Assembly: GCA_035341855.1 (NCBI GenBank)
Contig: DAOQWA010000002.1
Coordinates: forward strand, 17,189-81,188
DNA from: Bacteroidia bacterium
Lineage (GTDB): Bacteria; Bacteroidota; Bacteroidia; AKYH767-A; 2013-40CM-41-45
Length of the DNA: 64,000 bases
Reading direction: 5' to 3'
Shown here: positions 1-10,226 of the stretch, in pieces
Position numbering within the stretch: position 1 is the first letter of the stretch
How the letters are laid out: every line of letters starts with the position of its first letter
Program-made: the position numbers and the translations under genes
The notes under the pieces: generated by a model
Seen by the model: only the letters and a program-made list of their open reading frames with translations
Databases searched by the model: none
Told to the model about the DNA's origin: nothing

Positions 1-162
1 ACCATCGTTCCGAACATTGGTGGGAACGAAACACTAAAATTAGTTCCGAAGAGGTCGTTCAATAAATCAGAAAATCCGGGATACATTTAAAAAATCTTTG
101 GGTGGCTGATACTTATAAGAATAAATGAAAGGCTCGCAGTTGATCTGCGCAGATTCTACCAA

Positions 163-1509
163 TTAGTTTTCAATTAATACACGCATATCCTTCTCAAGAA
201 TGGCTTCGACACTAAGGTCGTCACAAATATCATGTAAACTCACGTTTAATAGTTGATTGATTAAAGTTTTATCGTATGCCACATTAACCTTCACATAATT
301 GTCGGTGAAGCCATGCATTCTACCATTCTTTTGATCTGCTTCGAACAGCACTGTAGATGATTTACCTTTTTGAGTCGAGTAGAAATGACGTAGTTTTTTT
401 TCGGAGAGAATCCTTAGCATTTTATTGCGTTGCTTCCTTATATGAACCGGTACAATCCCTTTCATGCTGAATGCTTCTGTATTCTCTCTTTCAGAATAGG
501 TGAACACATGCAAATAGGATATATTTAATTCATTGAGATAATTGTAGGTCTCCAGAAAATCCTCCTCAGTTTCACCGGGAAATCCAACAATTACATCAAC
601 ACCTATACATGCATCAGGGATCATATTCCTAATTGTGTTGATTCTTTCCGAATATAACTCCCTTCGATATCGTCTCCGCATCAGTGCAAGGATCTTATTG
701 GAACCTGATTGCAAGGGAATATGAAAATGTGCAGCAAATCTTCTTGATTCGGATACAAACCGGATAATCTCGTCATTAAGTAAATTGGGTTCAATAGATG
801 ATATTCTGAATCTTTCAATGCCTGCAATTTCATCGAGTCTTTTGATGAGATCCAAAAAATTATATCGCCGGTTTACTTTGTGTGATTCATGCTCAGTACC
901 AAAGTCCCCGATATTCACTCCTGTCAGAACTATTTCTTTTATGCCTTTGGAGGCTATTTTTTCTGCATTGCTCAGTACGTTCTCAATAGAATCACTTCGA
1001 CTTTTACCTCTTGCCAAGGGAATAGTGCAATAAGTGCATGTATAATCACATCCATCCTGAACCTTCAAAAAAGCTCTCGTTCTGTCACCGAGAGAATATG
1101 AACTCACAAAAAAATCTGCATCGTCCACAGAACAAGAGTGTATCTCAGCATTACTATTCTTGCGGAATCCATTCAAATAGTCTTGAATTTTAAACTTCTC
1201 TGTCGCCCCAAGCACCAGATCAACGCCTTCCATCAAAGCAATTTCTTCCGGTTTCAACTGAGCATAGCAACCGATAACTGCAACAAAAGATTCAGGATTA
1301 TATTGAAGTGCTTTTCTAACAATGGCTCTGCACTCTTTGTTGGCATTCTCGGTTACAGAACATGTATTTATTACTACGACATCAGCACCATCTTCAAGGT
1401 CTATTTTTTCGAACCCGGCTTCCTTTAAAGTCCTTCCAATAGTAGAACTTTCTGCAAAATTTAATTTGCAACCAAGTGTATGAAAAGAAACCGTGGGTTG
1501 GATTTGCAT
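163..1509 (-). CDS. mtaB: MtaB-like radical SAM methylthiotransferase (MiaB/RimO family) for tRNA modification
   Basis: N-terminal VSFHTLGCKLNFAESS MTTase motif and CDYTCTYCTIPLARG radical-SAM cysteine triad. Start trimmed to the ATG giving MQIQPTVSFHTLGCK. Confidence 0.8.
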   Translation of the reverse strand: MQIQPTVSFHTLGCKLNFAESSTIGRTLKEAGFEKIDLEDGADVVVINTCSVTENANKECRAIVRKALQYNPESFVAVIGCYAQLKPEEIALMEGVDLVLGATEKFKIQDYLNGFRKNSNAEIHSCSVDDADFFVSSYSLGDRTRAFLKVQDGCDYTCTYCTIPLARGKSRSDSIENVLSNAEKIASKGIKEIVLTGVNIGDFGTEHESHKVNRRYNFLDLIKRLDEIAGIERFRISSIEPNLLNDEIIRFVSESRRFAAHFHIPLQSGSNKILALMRRRYRRELYSERINTIRNMIPDACIGVDVIVGFPGETEEDFLETYNYLNELNISYLHVFTYSERENTEAFSMKGIVPVHIRKQRNKMLRILSEKKLRHFYSTQKGKSSTVLFEADQKNGRMHGFTDNYVKVNVAYDKTLINQLLNVSLHDICDDLSVEAILEKDMRVLIEN

Positions 1510-1753
1510 GCGAGGTCGCAAAGTTAAGAAATGAAGGCAATTAGGCAATTTGAATTTGCCTGTTTGCTATTACACAGGAGAATCTAGCTACCGTCTATTT
1601 AACTGATTATGAGATTTATATATTTGATTAAGGGAATACTTTCGTATCAGGCTTCATAATATTCTGCAATATTGGTTTGTTAGTGATTTTCTAAGGTTAA
1701 TAATTTATCCTGACTGATGAGGGATCAATGATTCGAGAATATAGCTTTGCAGG

Positions 1754-3415
1754 ATGCGCAAATGCAAAATCATCTTAATACTTATAACGACGATTCTCAT
1801 ATCATGCAGTGAGGAGAAAACTAACAGTGAAAAAACTGTATTCAGGTATAATGAAGCGGCCGGAATATCTTCCCTTGATCCTGTTTTTTCAAAAGATCAG
1901 GCAAGTATATGGCCATGCACTCAACTGTTCAACGGACTGGTCCAGCTCGATAAAGATTTAAAAGTCGTACCATGTATCGCCAGGCAATGGGAAATTTCTG
2001 AAGATGGTAGAGTTTTTACCTTTCATCTACGAACGGACGTGTTTTTTCACGAGAATATACTGCTGAACCCGAATACTAAATCGTCCGAACCGGCGACACG
2101 AAATGTTACCGCTGAAGATTTCTTGTTCAGTCTGGGGAGACTCGTTGACCCTTCGGTTGCCAGTCCCGGAGCCTGGGTTCTCAATGCAGTAGAAAAAGAT
2201 AGTTTAGGGAAAATGATTGGCATAACCGTAATCAACGATTCAACACTGAATATTCGTTTGTCAGATCCATTTCCCGCCTTTCTTTCTTTGCTTTCGATGC
2301 CATATTGTTCCGTTGTCCCAAAAGAAGTTGTCATTCACCATGGACCTGATTTCAGGAAACATCCATGTGGAACCGGTCCATTTAAATTTTCAATTTGGAA
2401 AGAAGGTGTCAGTTTGGTGTTCTTGAGAAATGAAAATTATTTTGAATACGATGGTGAACATCGTCTTCCGTTCCTTGATGCGATACAGATATCCTTTATC
2501 AATGATAAACAAAGTGCCTTTATCGAATTTTTAAAGGGCAACCTGGATTTCATTTCCGGCCTGGATGCCAGCTACAAGGACGAACTGCTCACAAGAGATG
2601 GAAAACTTCAGGAGCGCCACAAAAATAATTTCCGGCTGGAGACCTTGCCTTATCTGAATACAGAATATCTAGGAATCTTAATGAAAGATCAAAGCAAAAA
2701 TTCTGAACAACATGCATTGCAAAATAAAAAAGTAAGGCAAGCCTTAAGCTTAAGCTTTGATAAAACGAAAATGATAACCTTTCTTAGAAACAACATGGGT
2801 ACTCCCGGTATATATGGATTCGTCCCTCCGGGGATGCCATTTTTTGATTCTCTGTCTGTAGTAGGATATCATTATGATAAGGCTAAAGCTCTGTCCTTGT
2901 TAAATGAAGCAGGTTATCCTAATGGGAAGGGGCTTCCGGAAATAGTACTGAGTACTACATCAACATATCTTGATATATGTGAATTTATTAAAAGCGAATG
3001 GGAATCTATAGGATTCAAAATAAAAATTGATGTAAATCAGGCAGCCGTTCACAGGAAAATGGTCGCAGAGCAAAAGTTGGAATTCTTCAGGGGATCATGG
3101 ATTGCAGACTATCCTGACGCCGAAAATTATTTAAGCCTTTTCTATTCTAAAAATTTTGCTCCTTCCGGTCCCAACTACACCCATTTCAAGAATGAAGAAT
3201 ATGATAAGTTATACGAACAAAGCTCTCTCGAAACGGATGATTCCTTAAGATCATTGCTATACATCAAAATGGATCAGATGATTATCGATGAAGCTGTTAC
3301 AATTGTTTTGTACTATGATAAAGTACTCAGACTAACACAAAATAATATCAGCGGACTCGAAAATAATGCAATGAATTTAATGGTGTTAAAAAATGTTGTC
3401 AAGAAAAAAAACTAA
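1754..3415 (+). CDS. ABC transporter substrate-binding protein, family 5 (peptide/nickel type) lipoprotein
   Basis: 553 aa, lipoprotein signal MRKCKIILILITTILISCSE, SBP_bac_5-like architecture. No adjacent permease or ATPase genes. Confidence 0.7.
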   Translation: MRKCKIILILITTILISCSEEKTNSEKTVFRYNEAAGISSLDPVFSKDQASIWPCTQLFNGLVQLDKDLKVVPCIARQWEISEDGRVFTFHLRTDVFFHENILLNPNTKSSEPATRNVTAEDFLFSLGRLVDPSVASPGAWVLNAVEKDSLGKMIGITVINDSTLNIRLSDPFPAFLSLLSMPYCSVVPKEVVIHHGPDFRKHPCGTGPFKFSIWKEGVSLVFLRNENYFEYDGEHRLPFLDAIQISFINDKQSAFIEFLKGNLDFISGLDASYKDELLTRDGKLQERHKNNFRLETLPYLNTEYLGILMKDQSKNSEQHALQNKKVRQALSLSFDKTKMITFLRNNMGTPGIYGFVPPGMPFFDSLSVVGYHYDKAKALSLLNEAGYPNGKGLPEIVLSTTSTYLDICEFIKSEWESIGFKIKIDVNQAAVHRKMVAEQKLEFFRGSWIADYPDAENYLSLFYSKNFAPSGPNYTHFKNEEYDKLYEQSSLETDDSLRSLLYIKMDQMIIDEAVTIVLYYDKVLRLTQNNISGLENNAMNLMVLKNVVKKKN

Positions 3416-4539
3416 TCGGGCAATTTAACCATGCAACTAATAGCATAATGATCTGACAGATCTTCCTTATGAGTTTTGTAATTAAAGGTTTGTAATTTTT
3501 CACTATGAAAAATATAATCTATTCTAAAACTTGGGAATGGACCGGCATAAGTTGTACCAAAACCCCGACCACTTTCTTTGAATGCATCTTTGAGATCTTT
3601 ACCTAAAATGCTATATGCAAACGATGAAGGGGTGTCATTAAAGTCGCCACATAAGAGCACAGGATAAGGGCTCGCTTGTATAGTATCATGCAGAACATTG
3701 ACCTGATCTGCTCTCTTTACATACGCTCTCTTCAGACGTCTGAGTATTTTCAATCCACCATCAAGTTCATCCTGCTGCACTTCATCATTGCCAAGATTTT
3801 CAATGAACTTATAGTCTTCCCATTTAAATCGTACACTCTCGAGATGAGTATTAAAGACTCTTATGGTGTCATTACCTTTAACAATATCAGTATAGATAAA
3901 AATATTTCCACCTTGCTCCTGAAAGTGAACGGATCTCTTCCTAATTATTGGGAATTTACTATAAGTAGCAATACCCCAATGATCTGTATTTCTTAGAGTG
4001 AGTGTGTATTCAATATGCGAATAGGCAGATAGAAGTTCTCGTAATTTAATATCATTCCGTAAATCACTTCCCTTTTTGTCAGAAGAATAAAACTCCTGAA
4101 AACAGATCACATCGGGAGATTCTTTGGCTAAAAAATCGAAGATCATATTCTTGGTTTCGGTATTGTGAAACCAATTGTACAGGTTGAATAATCTTACATT
4201 GAACGACATTACCTTAAAACTATTTTCAGCCATGACAGAATCGGCTTTGATCTCAGAACCTAAATTCAAGCGAAACATGCCCGGAATACGCGTGAAACTT
4301 ATTACAATTAGAAACAAAACCACAAATGCACGCTTTCTTCGCATAATTATCCAATAAAAAAAGAAAAAAATATTGCATAGAAACAAGGGTCCAAATGCAA
4401 GTCCAAAAAGCGCAAGCCACCAAATTGTAGATGGGCTGATATAAGCTGCAAGGAGCGAAAATATAAGTCCTGACATTGCCAGGATATTGCAGATCCAAAT
4501 GAACTTGTTGATCCAGGAAGTTTTAGGTCCTTTTGTCAT
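3412..4539 (-). CDS. endonuclease/exonuclease/phosphatase (EEP) family membrane protein
   Basis: N-terminal transmembrane helices, then EEP motifs (FNVRLFN, CGDFNDTP, SDHYAISC). Confidence 0.75.
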   Translation of the reverse strand: MTKGPKTSWINKFIWICNILAMSGLIFSLLAAYISPSTIWWLALFGLAFGPLFLCNIFFFFYWIIMRRKRAFVVLFLIVISFTRIPGMFRLNLGSEIKADSVMAENSFKVMSFNVRLFNLYNWFHNTETKNMIFDFLAKESPDVICFQEFYSSDKKGSDLRNDIKLRELLSAYSHIEYTLTLRNTDHWGIATYSKFPIIRKRSVHFQEQGGNIFIYTDIVKGNDTIRVFNTHLESVRFKWEDYKFIENLGNDEVQQDELDGGLKILRRLKRAYVKRADQVNVLHDTIQASPYPVLLCGDFNDTPSSFAYSILGKDLKDAFKESGRGFGTTYAGPFPSFRIDYIFHSEKLQTFNYKTHKEDLSDHYAISCMVKLPD

Positions 4540-4567
4540 ATACCCGAATGCTGATCTGCAGTGCTAT

Positions 4568-5509
4568 TTATTGATTGTCCTTACTTGCTTTGAATAGGTA
4601 GTCCTTTTCTTCCTGGCTCAAACTGCCATAACCGGATTTGGAAATTTTATCCAGAATATGATCCAATCGTTCTTCTCTTGACTTCTTCTTCATATTAAAT
4701 TCCTCATCACTTACACTTTTACCGTAATGAACTGTCATCCTTGGCTTTTGAGTTTTGTTAAAATAATCAAGAAGGCGAGTGAACCAGGCTGCAATATCCT
4801 TTCCCGAGCGGAGCTTTCTAACATAAACAAAGCCATACAAAGCACCACCCAAATGGGCAAGATGTCCGCCGGCATTCGAGCCACCTATACTTATCAGATC
4901 TGATATGACTATGATAAGTGCCAGCCATTTTAATTTCACCTCTCCGATGAGCAATAACCTTATTGGAAAATCAGGTAATAGCGTTGCTGAAGCAATCGTA
5001 ATAGCCAGTACACTTGCAGAAGCTCCTAATGCAAAAGAGTTCTCCAGGTTATTTGTAAACAGGGGAAAAATATTATAGGCAGCTATATACACTGCTGCAC
5101 CTGAAACTCCCCCTAATACATATGTACTCACTAACTTCTTATCTCCTAAATACTGTTGAAATATTTTACCCATCCAAAAGAGGAGGAGCATATTGAAAAG
5201 TAAATGGAAAAAATCCCAATGATAAAACATATATGTCAGGACAGTCCATGGCCGATACATCAAATTCGATAAATTTGCCGGGACTGCCAACCAATATGAA
5301 ATCGAAATCAGGCTAAAAGTCTTTGACATGAAAAGGCTTGAAAAGACCGATAAGAGTCTTACAAGCAAAAAAACACCAATGTTGATCATCAGTAATTTTT
5401 GGACTGTATCTGCGATCCTAAGGCCGGATTTAAATGAATTTGAAAAATCAGACATATTGTTTTTGAGAAGTTCGAAGCCGGTCATCAACACTTTGTGTAA
5501 AGGAAACAA
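4568..5509 (-). CDS. rhomboid family intramembrane serine protease
   Basis: Polytopic membrane protein with GxSG-like GASASV/GGVSGAAVY and catalytic HLAHLGGALYG helix. True start may be internal (MSDFS). Confidence 0.75.
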   Translation of the reverse strand: MFPLHKVLMTGFELLKNNMSDFSNSFKSGLRIADTVQKLLMINIGVFLLVRLLSVFSSLFMSKTFSLISISYWLAVPANLSNLMYRPWTVLTYMFYHWDFFHLLFNMLLLFWMGKIFQQYLGDKKLVSTYVLGGVSGAAVYIAAYNIFPLFTNNLENSFALGASASVLAITIASATLLPDFPIRLLLIGEVKLKWLALIIVISDLISIGGSNAGGHLAHLGGALYGFVYVRKLRSGKDIAAWFTRLLDYFNKTQKPRMTVHYGKSVSDEEFNMKKKSREERLDHILDKISKSGYGSLSQEEKDYLFKASKDNQ

Positions 5510-5532
5510 GATTAATGACTCTAAATAAAAAC

Positions 5533-6390
5533 TCAGAAATTCATTCTACGTTTATTTTTATTTTTCCAATAGAGAATTAAAATAATTCCTGTTACGAGTC
5601 CGCCAAGATGTGCAAAGTGCGCTACATTATCTCCGGGGACATTAGCAATTCCGGACCATAGTTCCAGGGCTCCATAAAGAATGACAAAATATTTTGCTTT
5701 GATAGGAATTGCAAAATAAAGATAGATAATACTATTCGGAAATATCATTCCATAAGCAAGAAGTAAGCCAAAAACTGCACCGGAAGCACCAACCACCACA
5801 GGAGCATTCAAAGCATCGACACGTAATTGCTTCATATACTCTACACTTAATTGTAATGCCTGATCCGGATTGCTTCCCAGCATAGCGTTAAACTCCCTTG
5901 TAAATGCATTGTAATGATCAATCATATCCGCAGAGGAGAAACTTCTGAATGCATCAGAACTAAGCAGGGTTTGCAGACTTTCAAAACTGGGGTTTGCGAT
6001 ATAACTATCAAAGAAAGCCAAAGCCGGTTGCATTGCGAAGTAGACTATTCCATAATGTGCAAATGCAGCACCTAAACCGGTGATGATATAAAAAGTAAGA
6101 AATCTTTTAGGTCCCCAGATATTTTCAATTGCTGCTCCGAACATCCAGACAGCAAACATGTTGAACAGAATATGCATGAAACTTCCATGCATAAACATAT
6201 ATGTTATCAATTGAAATACTCTGAACTTCTCAGAACTAAAATAATGTAAGCCCAGAATATCATTTAGATCAATTCCGCTATTCTCCAGGACCTTCATGGC
6301 AAGGAATAATATACCATTGATGATCAATAGATTTTTTACAACTTCAGGGAGTACTTTAAAGCTTCTGGGCCTGTATTGCTCGTAGTTCAT
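5533..6390 (-). CDS. rhomboid family intramembrane serine protease
   Basis: GASGAVFGLL serine motif and AHFAHLGGLVTG histidine helix. Sits in tandem with the preceding rhomboid. Confidence 0.8.
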   Translation of the reverse strand: MNYEQYRPRSFKVLPEVVKNLLIINGILFLAMKVLENSGIDLNDILGLHYFSSEKFRVFQLITYMFMHGSFMHILFNMFAVWMFGAAIENIWGPKRFLTFYIITGLGAAFAHYGIVYFAMQPALAFFDSYIANPSFESLQTLLSSDAFRSFSSADMIDHYNAFTREFNAMLGSNPDQALQLSVEYMKQLRVDALNAPVVVGASGAVFGLLLAYGMIFPNSIIYLYFAIPIKAKYFVILYGALELWSGIANVPGDNVAHFAHLGGLVTGIILILYWKNKNKRRMNF

Positions 6391-6467
6391 CTTTCAAATA
6401 AATAAATCGCTGCCTTGTTCTTAGAGTATTTTTTGATGCAAACGAAGCTATGAAGTTCAGAATTTTC

Positions 6468-8282
6468 TTAACGGAACCGATCTCTGAATTCTTCGGTTTT
6501 CAACAAAGTCATACACGGCTTACCGTTAATTCCATGCCCCGGTTTGGATGATTTTAAGAGTTCTTCAACTATGGTTTTCATCTCGGACTGTGACAATGCC
6601 TGTCCGGCCTTAATGGAAACACTCCGGGCCATTGAAGCTGCAAGGATCTCCTTTTTCTCTTTAAGTGAAGGCGATTCACCTGATTTATACTTCTCAAGTA
6701 TCTTTTCCAAAATTGTCTTTTCAGATCCTTTCAAAACCTCAGGAGGTGCACCGTGAAGAACAAATGAGTTTCCTCCAAATTCCCGGATATCAAATCCAAG
6801 AGAACGAATCTCAGTCTCAAGTTCGTGGAGCAGTGCGACATCGGCAACGGAGAAGTCGAGTGTCTCCGGGAAGAGGTCTTGTTGGGTAGAAGACACTTGT
6901 GAATCCAATCTTTGTTTATAAACCTCAAATAAAATTCTTTGATGTGCTGCTTCCTGATCTACGCAGAGTAAGCCTCCTTCCATTGTACAAAGTATGAATT
7001 GCCTTCCTAATTGAAAATAAATTCCATGTTGAGCGGCAAGTTCTACATTTTCCTTTTTTAAGTCGGTCTCGGGAGAATCGATCAGCACGGACTGGGTAAC
7101 AGTTTCCGAAGAAGCTGTGACTTTCTCATACATTTTTTCCCAGCCTGCAGATGCGAGAGCCTTATTAGAATCATTACGAAAGGGATTATAATTAGTATTT
7201 ACAGTTACCGTCGGTTGTGTCGGCAGCTGTGTCCGCATTGCGTGTGGCAGTTCAAAACTATTTTCTTTTTCAAAATCTAAAGCCGGTGCTATACTGTATT
7301 GCCCTAAAGAACGTTTGACGGCTGCTCTCACGATAGCATATACAGATCGTTCATCATCGAACTTAATTTCAGTCTTCGTCGGGTGAATATTAACATCGAT
7401 TCGTGAAGGTTCAATTTCTATAAACAACCAATATGATGCGTAGCTGTCTCTAGGCAAAAGTTCCTCGAAGGCATTGGTGACGGCATGATTCAGATATCCG
7501 TCACGGATATAACGCTTGTTAACAAAAAAGAATTGTTCTCCCCGGCTTTTTTTCGAAAATGCAGGTTTGCCTATGAAGCCTGATATTGACAGCAGTGAAG
7601 TTTCTTCAGCAACCGGCACTAATCGTTCGTTATAATGGCTCCCATAGATTCCTACGATTCGCTGGCGCAAATTTGAGGCCGCAAGCCTGAAAATTTCTAT
7701 TCCATTTTGGTTCAAAGACATTGCAACCTCAGGATGAGCTAAAGCAACGCGTTCAAATTCTTCAATAATATGTCTGGCTTCTACATTGTTTGATTTGAGA
7801 AAATTTCTACGTGCCGGAACATTAAAAAATAAATTCTTAATATTAATGATTGTTCCGTCATCCATAGCGACCGGAGACTGAGAAATTATTTCACTGCCTT
7901 CAATTATGATAGTGGTACCGATCTCGTCTTCTTTGCGTTTCGTCTTTAGTTCAACTTGCGCAATAGAAGCTATTGAGGCAAGGGCTTCACCTCGAAAACC
8001 TTTTGTTTGAAGCTTAAAAAGATCATCTGCATTCCGGATTTTGGAGGTTGCATGTCTGGAAAAACTCAGGCGGGCATCAGTTGGGCTCATCCCAAGTCCA
8101 TTGTCAACGATCTGGATGAGGCTTTTACCCGAATCCTTGATATAGAGTTCAATTCGTGTACTTCCTGCATCAACTGCGTTCTCTAATATCTCCTTGACTG
8201 CTGATGATGGTCTTTGAATGACCTCTCCTGCAGCAATTTGATTTGCCACAGAGTCCGGAAGGAGGCGAATAATATCAGACAT
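6468..8282 (-). CDS. mutL: DNA mismatch repair protein MutL
   Basis: N-terminus MSDIIRLLPDSVANQIAAGEVIQRPSSAVKEILENAVDAGST (GHKL ATPase), 604 aa, C-terminal dimerisation region. Confidence 0.93.
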   Translation of the reverse strand: MSDIIRLLPDSVANQIAAGEVIQRPSSAVKEILENAVDAGSTRIELYIKDSGKSLIQIVDNGLGMSPTDARLSFSRHATSKIRNADDLFKLQTKGFRGEALASIASIAQVELKTKRKEDEIGTTIIIEGSEIISQSPVAMDDGTIINIKNLFFNVPARRNFLKSNNVEARHIIEEFERVALAHPEVAMSLNQNGIEIFRLAASNLRQRIVGIYGSHYNERLVPVAEETSLLSISGFIGKPAFSKKSRGEQFFFVNKRYIRDGYLNHAVTNAFEELLPRDSYASYWLFIEIEPSRIDVNIHPTKTEIKFDDERSVYAIVRAAVKRSLGQYSIAPALDFEKENSFELPHAMRTQLPTQPTVTVNTNYNPFRNDSNKALASAGWEKMYEKVTASSETVTQSVLIDSPETDLKKENVELAAQHGIYFQLGRQFILCTMEGGLLCVDQEAAHQRILFEVYKQRLDSQVSSTQQDLFPETLDFSVADVALLHELETEIRSLGFDIREFGGNSFVLHGAPPEVLKGSEKTILEKILEKYKSGESPSLKEKKEILAASMARSVSIKAGQALSQSEMKTIVEELLKSSKPGHGINGKPCMTLLKTEEFRDRFR

Positions 8283-8548
8283 TGAAATATTTACTTTGCA
8301 TGTAAAGATAGGAACAAATACGAATTTTCAGTTTTGAATACTTTGGTAAGCCCATCTCACCAGCAGTTAAGGTTCTTGAATTCAGAACAATACAGAAACG
8401 GATAAATGAAAACCAGATGAAATTTCTTTTTGTCTATATAGCAATCTTCTACATCGCATAAAATATATGACAATGTAATCAGACCAACAAATCTCTCACT
8501 CAATTTCAGTTTATTTTTTTTATATTGGTCTTCATTAACAGATCTACA

Positions 8549-8911
8549 ATGCAGAAAAAATTTAATAAATCAGAAGCGGGTTATCATATGTTACAGTTAT
8601 TATCCGCCGTAGACGGGCAGTTTGGTCCGAAGGAAGATCAGGTTATTACAGAGTATTTAGTTGAGAATTATCCTTTCCGTGTAGAAATGGATGGTGCAAT
8701 GGATCAATTGAGTAAACTGAACCCTGATGATTATATCTTACATTTTCAAAAATGTATGGATGATTTCTTTCAGGATTCAGAAGAAAGTGAGCGTATTCGT
8801 TTTTTGAAATTCGCTGTCGACCTGGTCAAGGCCGATGACAAGGTCACCAATCATGAGAATGTTTTTCTGAAAACCTTATTTGATGCCTGGGATAGTGCAC
8901 ATCAGGAATAG
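8549..8911 (+). CDS. hypothetical protein, TerB-like (tellurite-resistance TerB fold) domain candidate
   Basis: Small acidic helical protein with an LLSAVDGQFGPKEDQVI pattern reminiscent of TerB. Start moved to the ATG (MQKKF). Confidence 0.5.
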   Translation: MQKKFNKSEAGYHMLQLLSAVDGQFGPKEDQVITEYLVENYPFRVEMDGAMDQLSKLNPDDYILHFQKCMDDFFQDSEESERIRFLKFAVDLVKADDKVTNHENVFLKTLFDAWDSAHQE

Positions 8912-8929
8912 AAGCAGACAACTTTACTT

Positions 8930-9586
8930 TTACTTTTCCTTTAACTTTGCCTTGAAAACCTTTTTAAACTTTTCAACTTTAGGAGCAACCACAAACTGGC
9001 AATAAGGCTGATTTCCATTTTCATTAAAATAGTTTTGATGATCCTCTTCAGCCTTGTAAAATTCCTTGAACTCTGATATTTCGGTTACGACGTCAGCGTC
9101 AAAGGCCTTTGAATCATTTAACTTTTGCTTGTATGACTCTGCTAATTCCTTTTGCTTGGAATTATGATAGAATATTACCGATCTGTATTGAGTCCCGACA
9201 TCGTTACCTTGTCTGTTAAGCTGGGTTGGATCATGTGAAAGCCAGAACGCTTCTAAAAGAGATTCATAATCCAGTTTTGAAGGGTCATATACCACCTGAA
9301 CAACTTCAGCATGTCCTGTTCTTCCTGTACACACTTCTTTATATGCCGGATTTTTAATCGTTCCTCCTGAGTAGCCCGATGTCACATTGATGACTCCGTC
9401 GAGAAGTTCAAATTGTGCTTCTGTGCACCAGAAGCAACCACCACCGAAAGTAGCAGTATCAGTTCCTGCAGGCAGGTCAGTTCCAACATTCATATCCTTA
9501 TTTGTTTTTTGTTCATCCAACTGAGCACATCCGGAAAATGAAATGTGCATGAGCAGAAGAGAGGTGATGATTAAATTTTTGATCAT
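8930..9586 (-). CDS. msrA: peptide methionine sulfoxide reductase MsrA, exported lipoprotein form
   Basis: GGGCFWCTEAQF active-site motif, preceded by signal peptide MIKNLIITSLLLMHISFSGC (lipobox). Confidence 0.88.
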   Translation of the reverse strand: MIKNLIITSLLLMHISFSGCAQLDEQKTNKDMNVGTDLPAGTDTATFGGGCFWCTEAQFELLDGVINVTSGYSGGTIKNPAYKEVCTGRTGHAEVVQVVYDPSKLDYESLLEAFWLSHDPTQLNRQGNDVGTQYRSVIFYHNSKQKELAESYKQKLNDSKAFDADVVTEISEFKEFYKAEEDHQNYFNENGNQPYCQFVVAPKVEKFKKVFKAKLKEK

Positions 9587-9679
9587 GGGCTAAGAAAGTG
9601 TATTCAATCGTAAACAACTGAAAGAGAATTTTGTTTCTGAATCAATTTCTATAGGTCCGAAATGCAAGGAATTGATATA

Positions 9680-10192
9680 TTATAATTTTTCTAAAGCTGA
9701 ATTAAAGCCTTTGGAACGACGCCAGGCCGACAATTGCGCCAGATGCATGGAAGAATGTTCAACGCACATAAAAGCTATCAGATCCCCTTGCGTCGGGAAA
9801 TGTTCCTTAAATCTCCAGCTAACCTCTCGATCCAGTTCTTCATCAGAAAGGGAAGATACAAGTTCAACAAGTGTATTCGTTCTCTTTCCGAGTAACTGCA
9901 TTAACTCATTGATAGGAGGGTATAGCTCAATATTATTCAAAGGAAGGGCAGGATCGCCGGGACCTTTTCTCCTAAATAGTTTTTCCCAATCTTCCGGAAA
10001 ATCATAAGGCCGGCCAAGATATTTGATAGTTAGACTGAGTGCACTTAATATATGTCCTGTTGTAAACATTGGATGGTTTTCCAGTCCGGGACCTCCTGAA
10101 TCGGCAAGCTGCTCTTCAGGTATTCCCTTCAACAATTCCTGAATATATTTCAGGTTAAACAACAAAGATCTTATGATATGCTGTCTCAGCAT
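9680..10192 (-). CDS. DinB/YfiT-like (DinB_2) metal-dependent protein
   Basis: About 170 aa four-helix-bundle pattern with spaced His residues (HPMFTTGHILSAL, HSSMHLAQL). Confidence 0.55.
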   Translation of the reverse strand: MLRQHIIRSLLFNLKYIQELLKGIPEEQLADSGGPGLENHPMFTTGHILSALSLTIKYLGRPYDFPEDWEKLFRRKGPGDPALPLNNIELYPPINELMQLLGKRTNTLVELVSSLSDEELDREVSWRFKEHFPTQGDLIAFMCVEHSSMHLAQLSAWRRSKGFNSALEKL

Positions 10193-10226
10193 GTCCGATT
10201 ATTTTCAGAATAATTTGCTATCGGAT

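Noticed and set aside
1-162. Short inverted repeats with GTTCCGAA motifs at the window start
   Set aside because: These are only 5-bp stems with a weak repeat. It is the downstream intergenic region of mtaB and is cut by the window edge. There is not enough evidence for any element.
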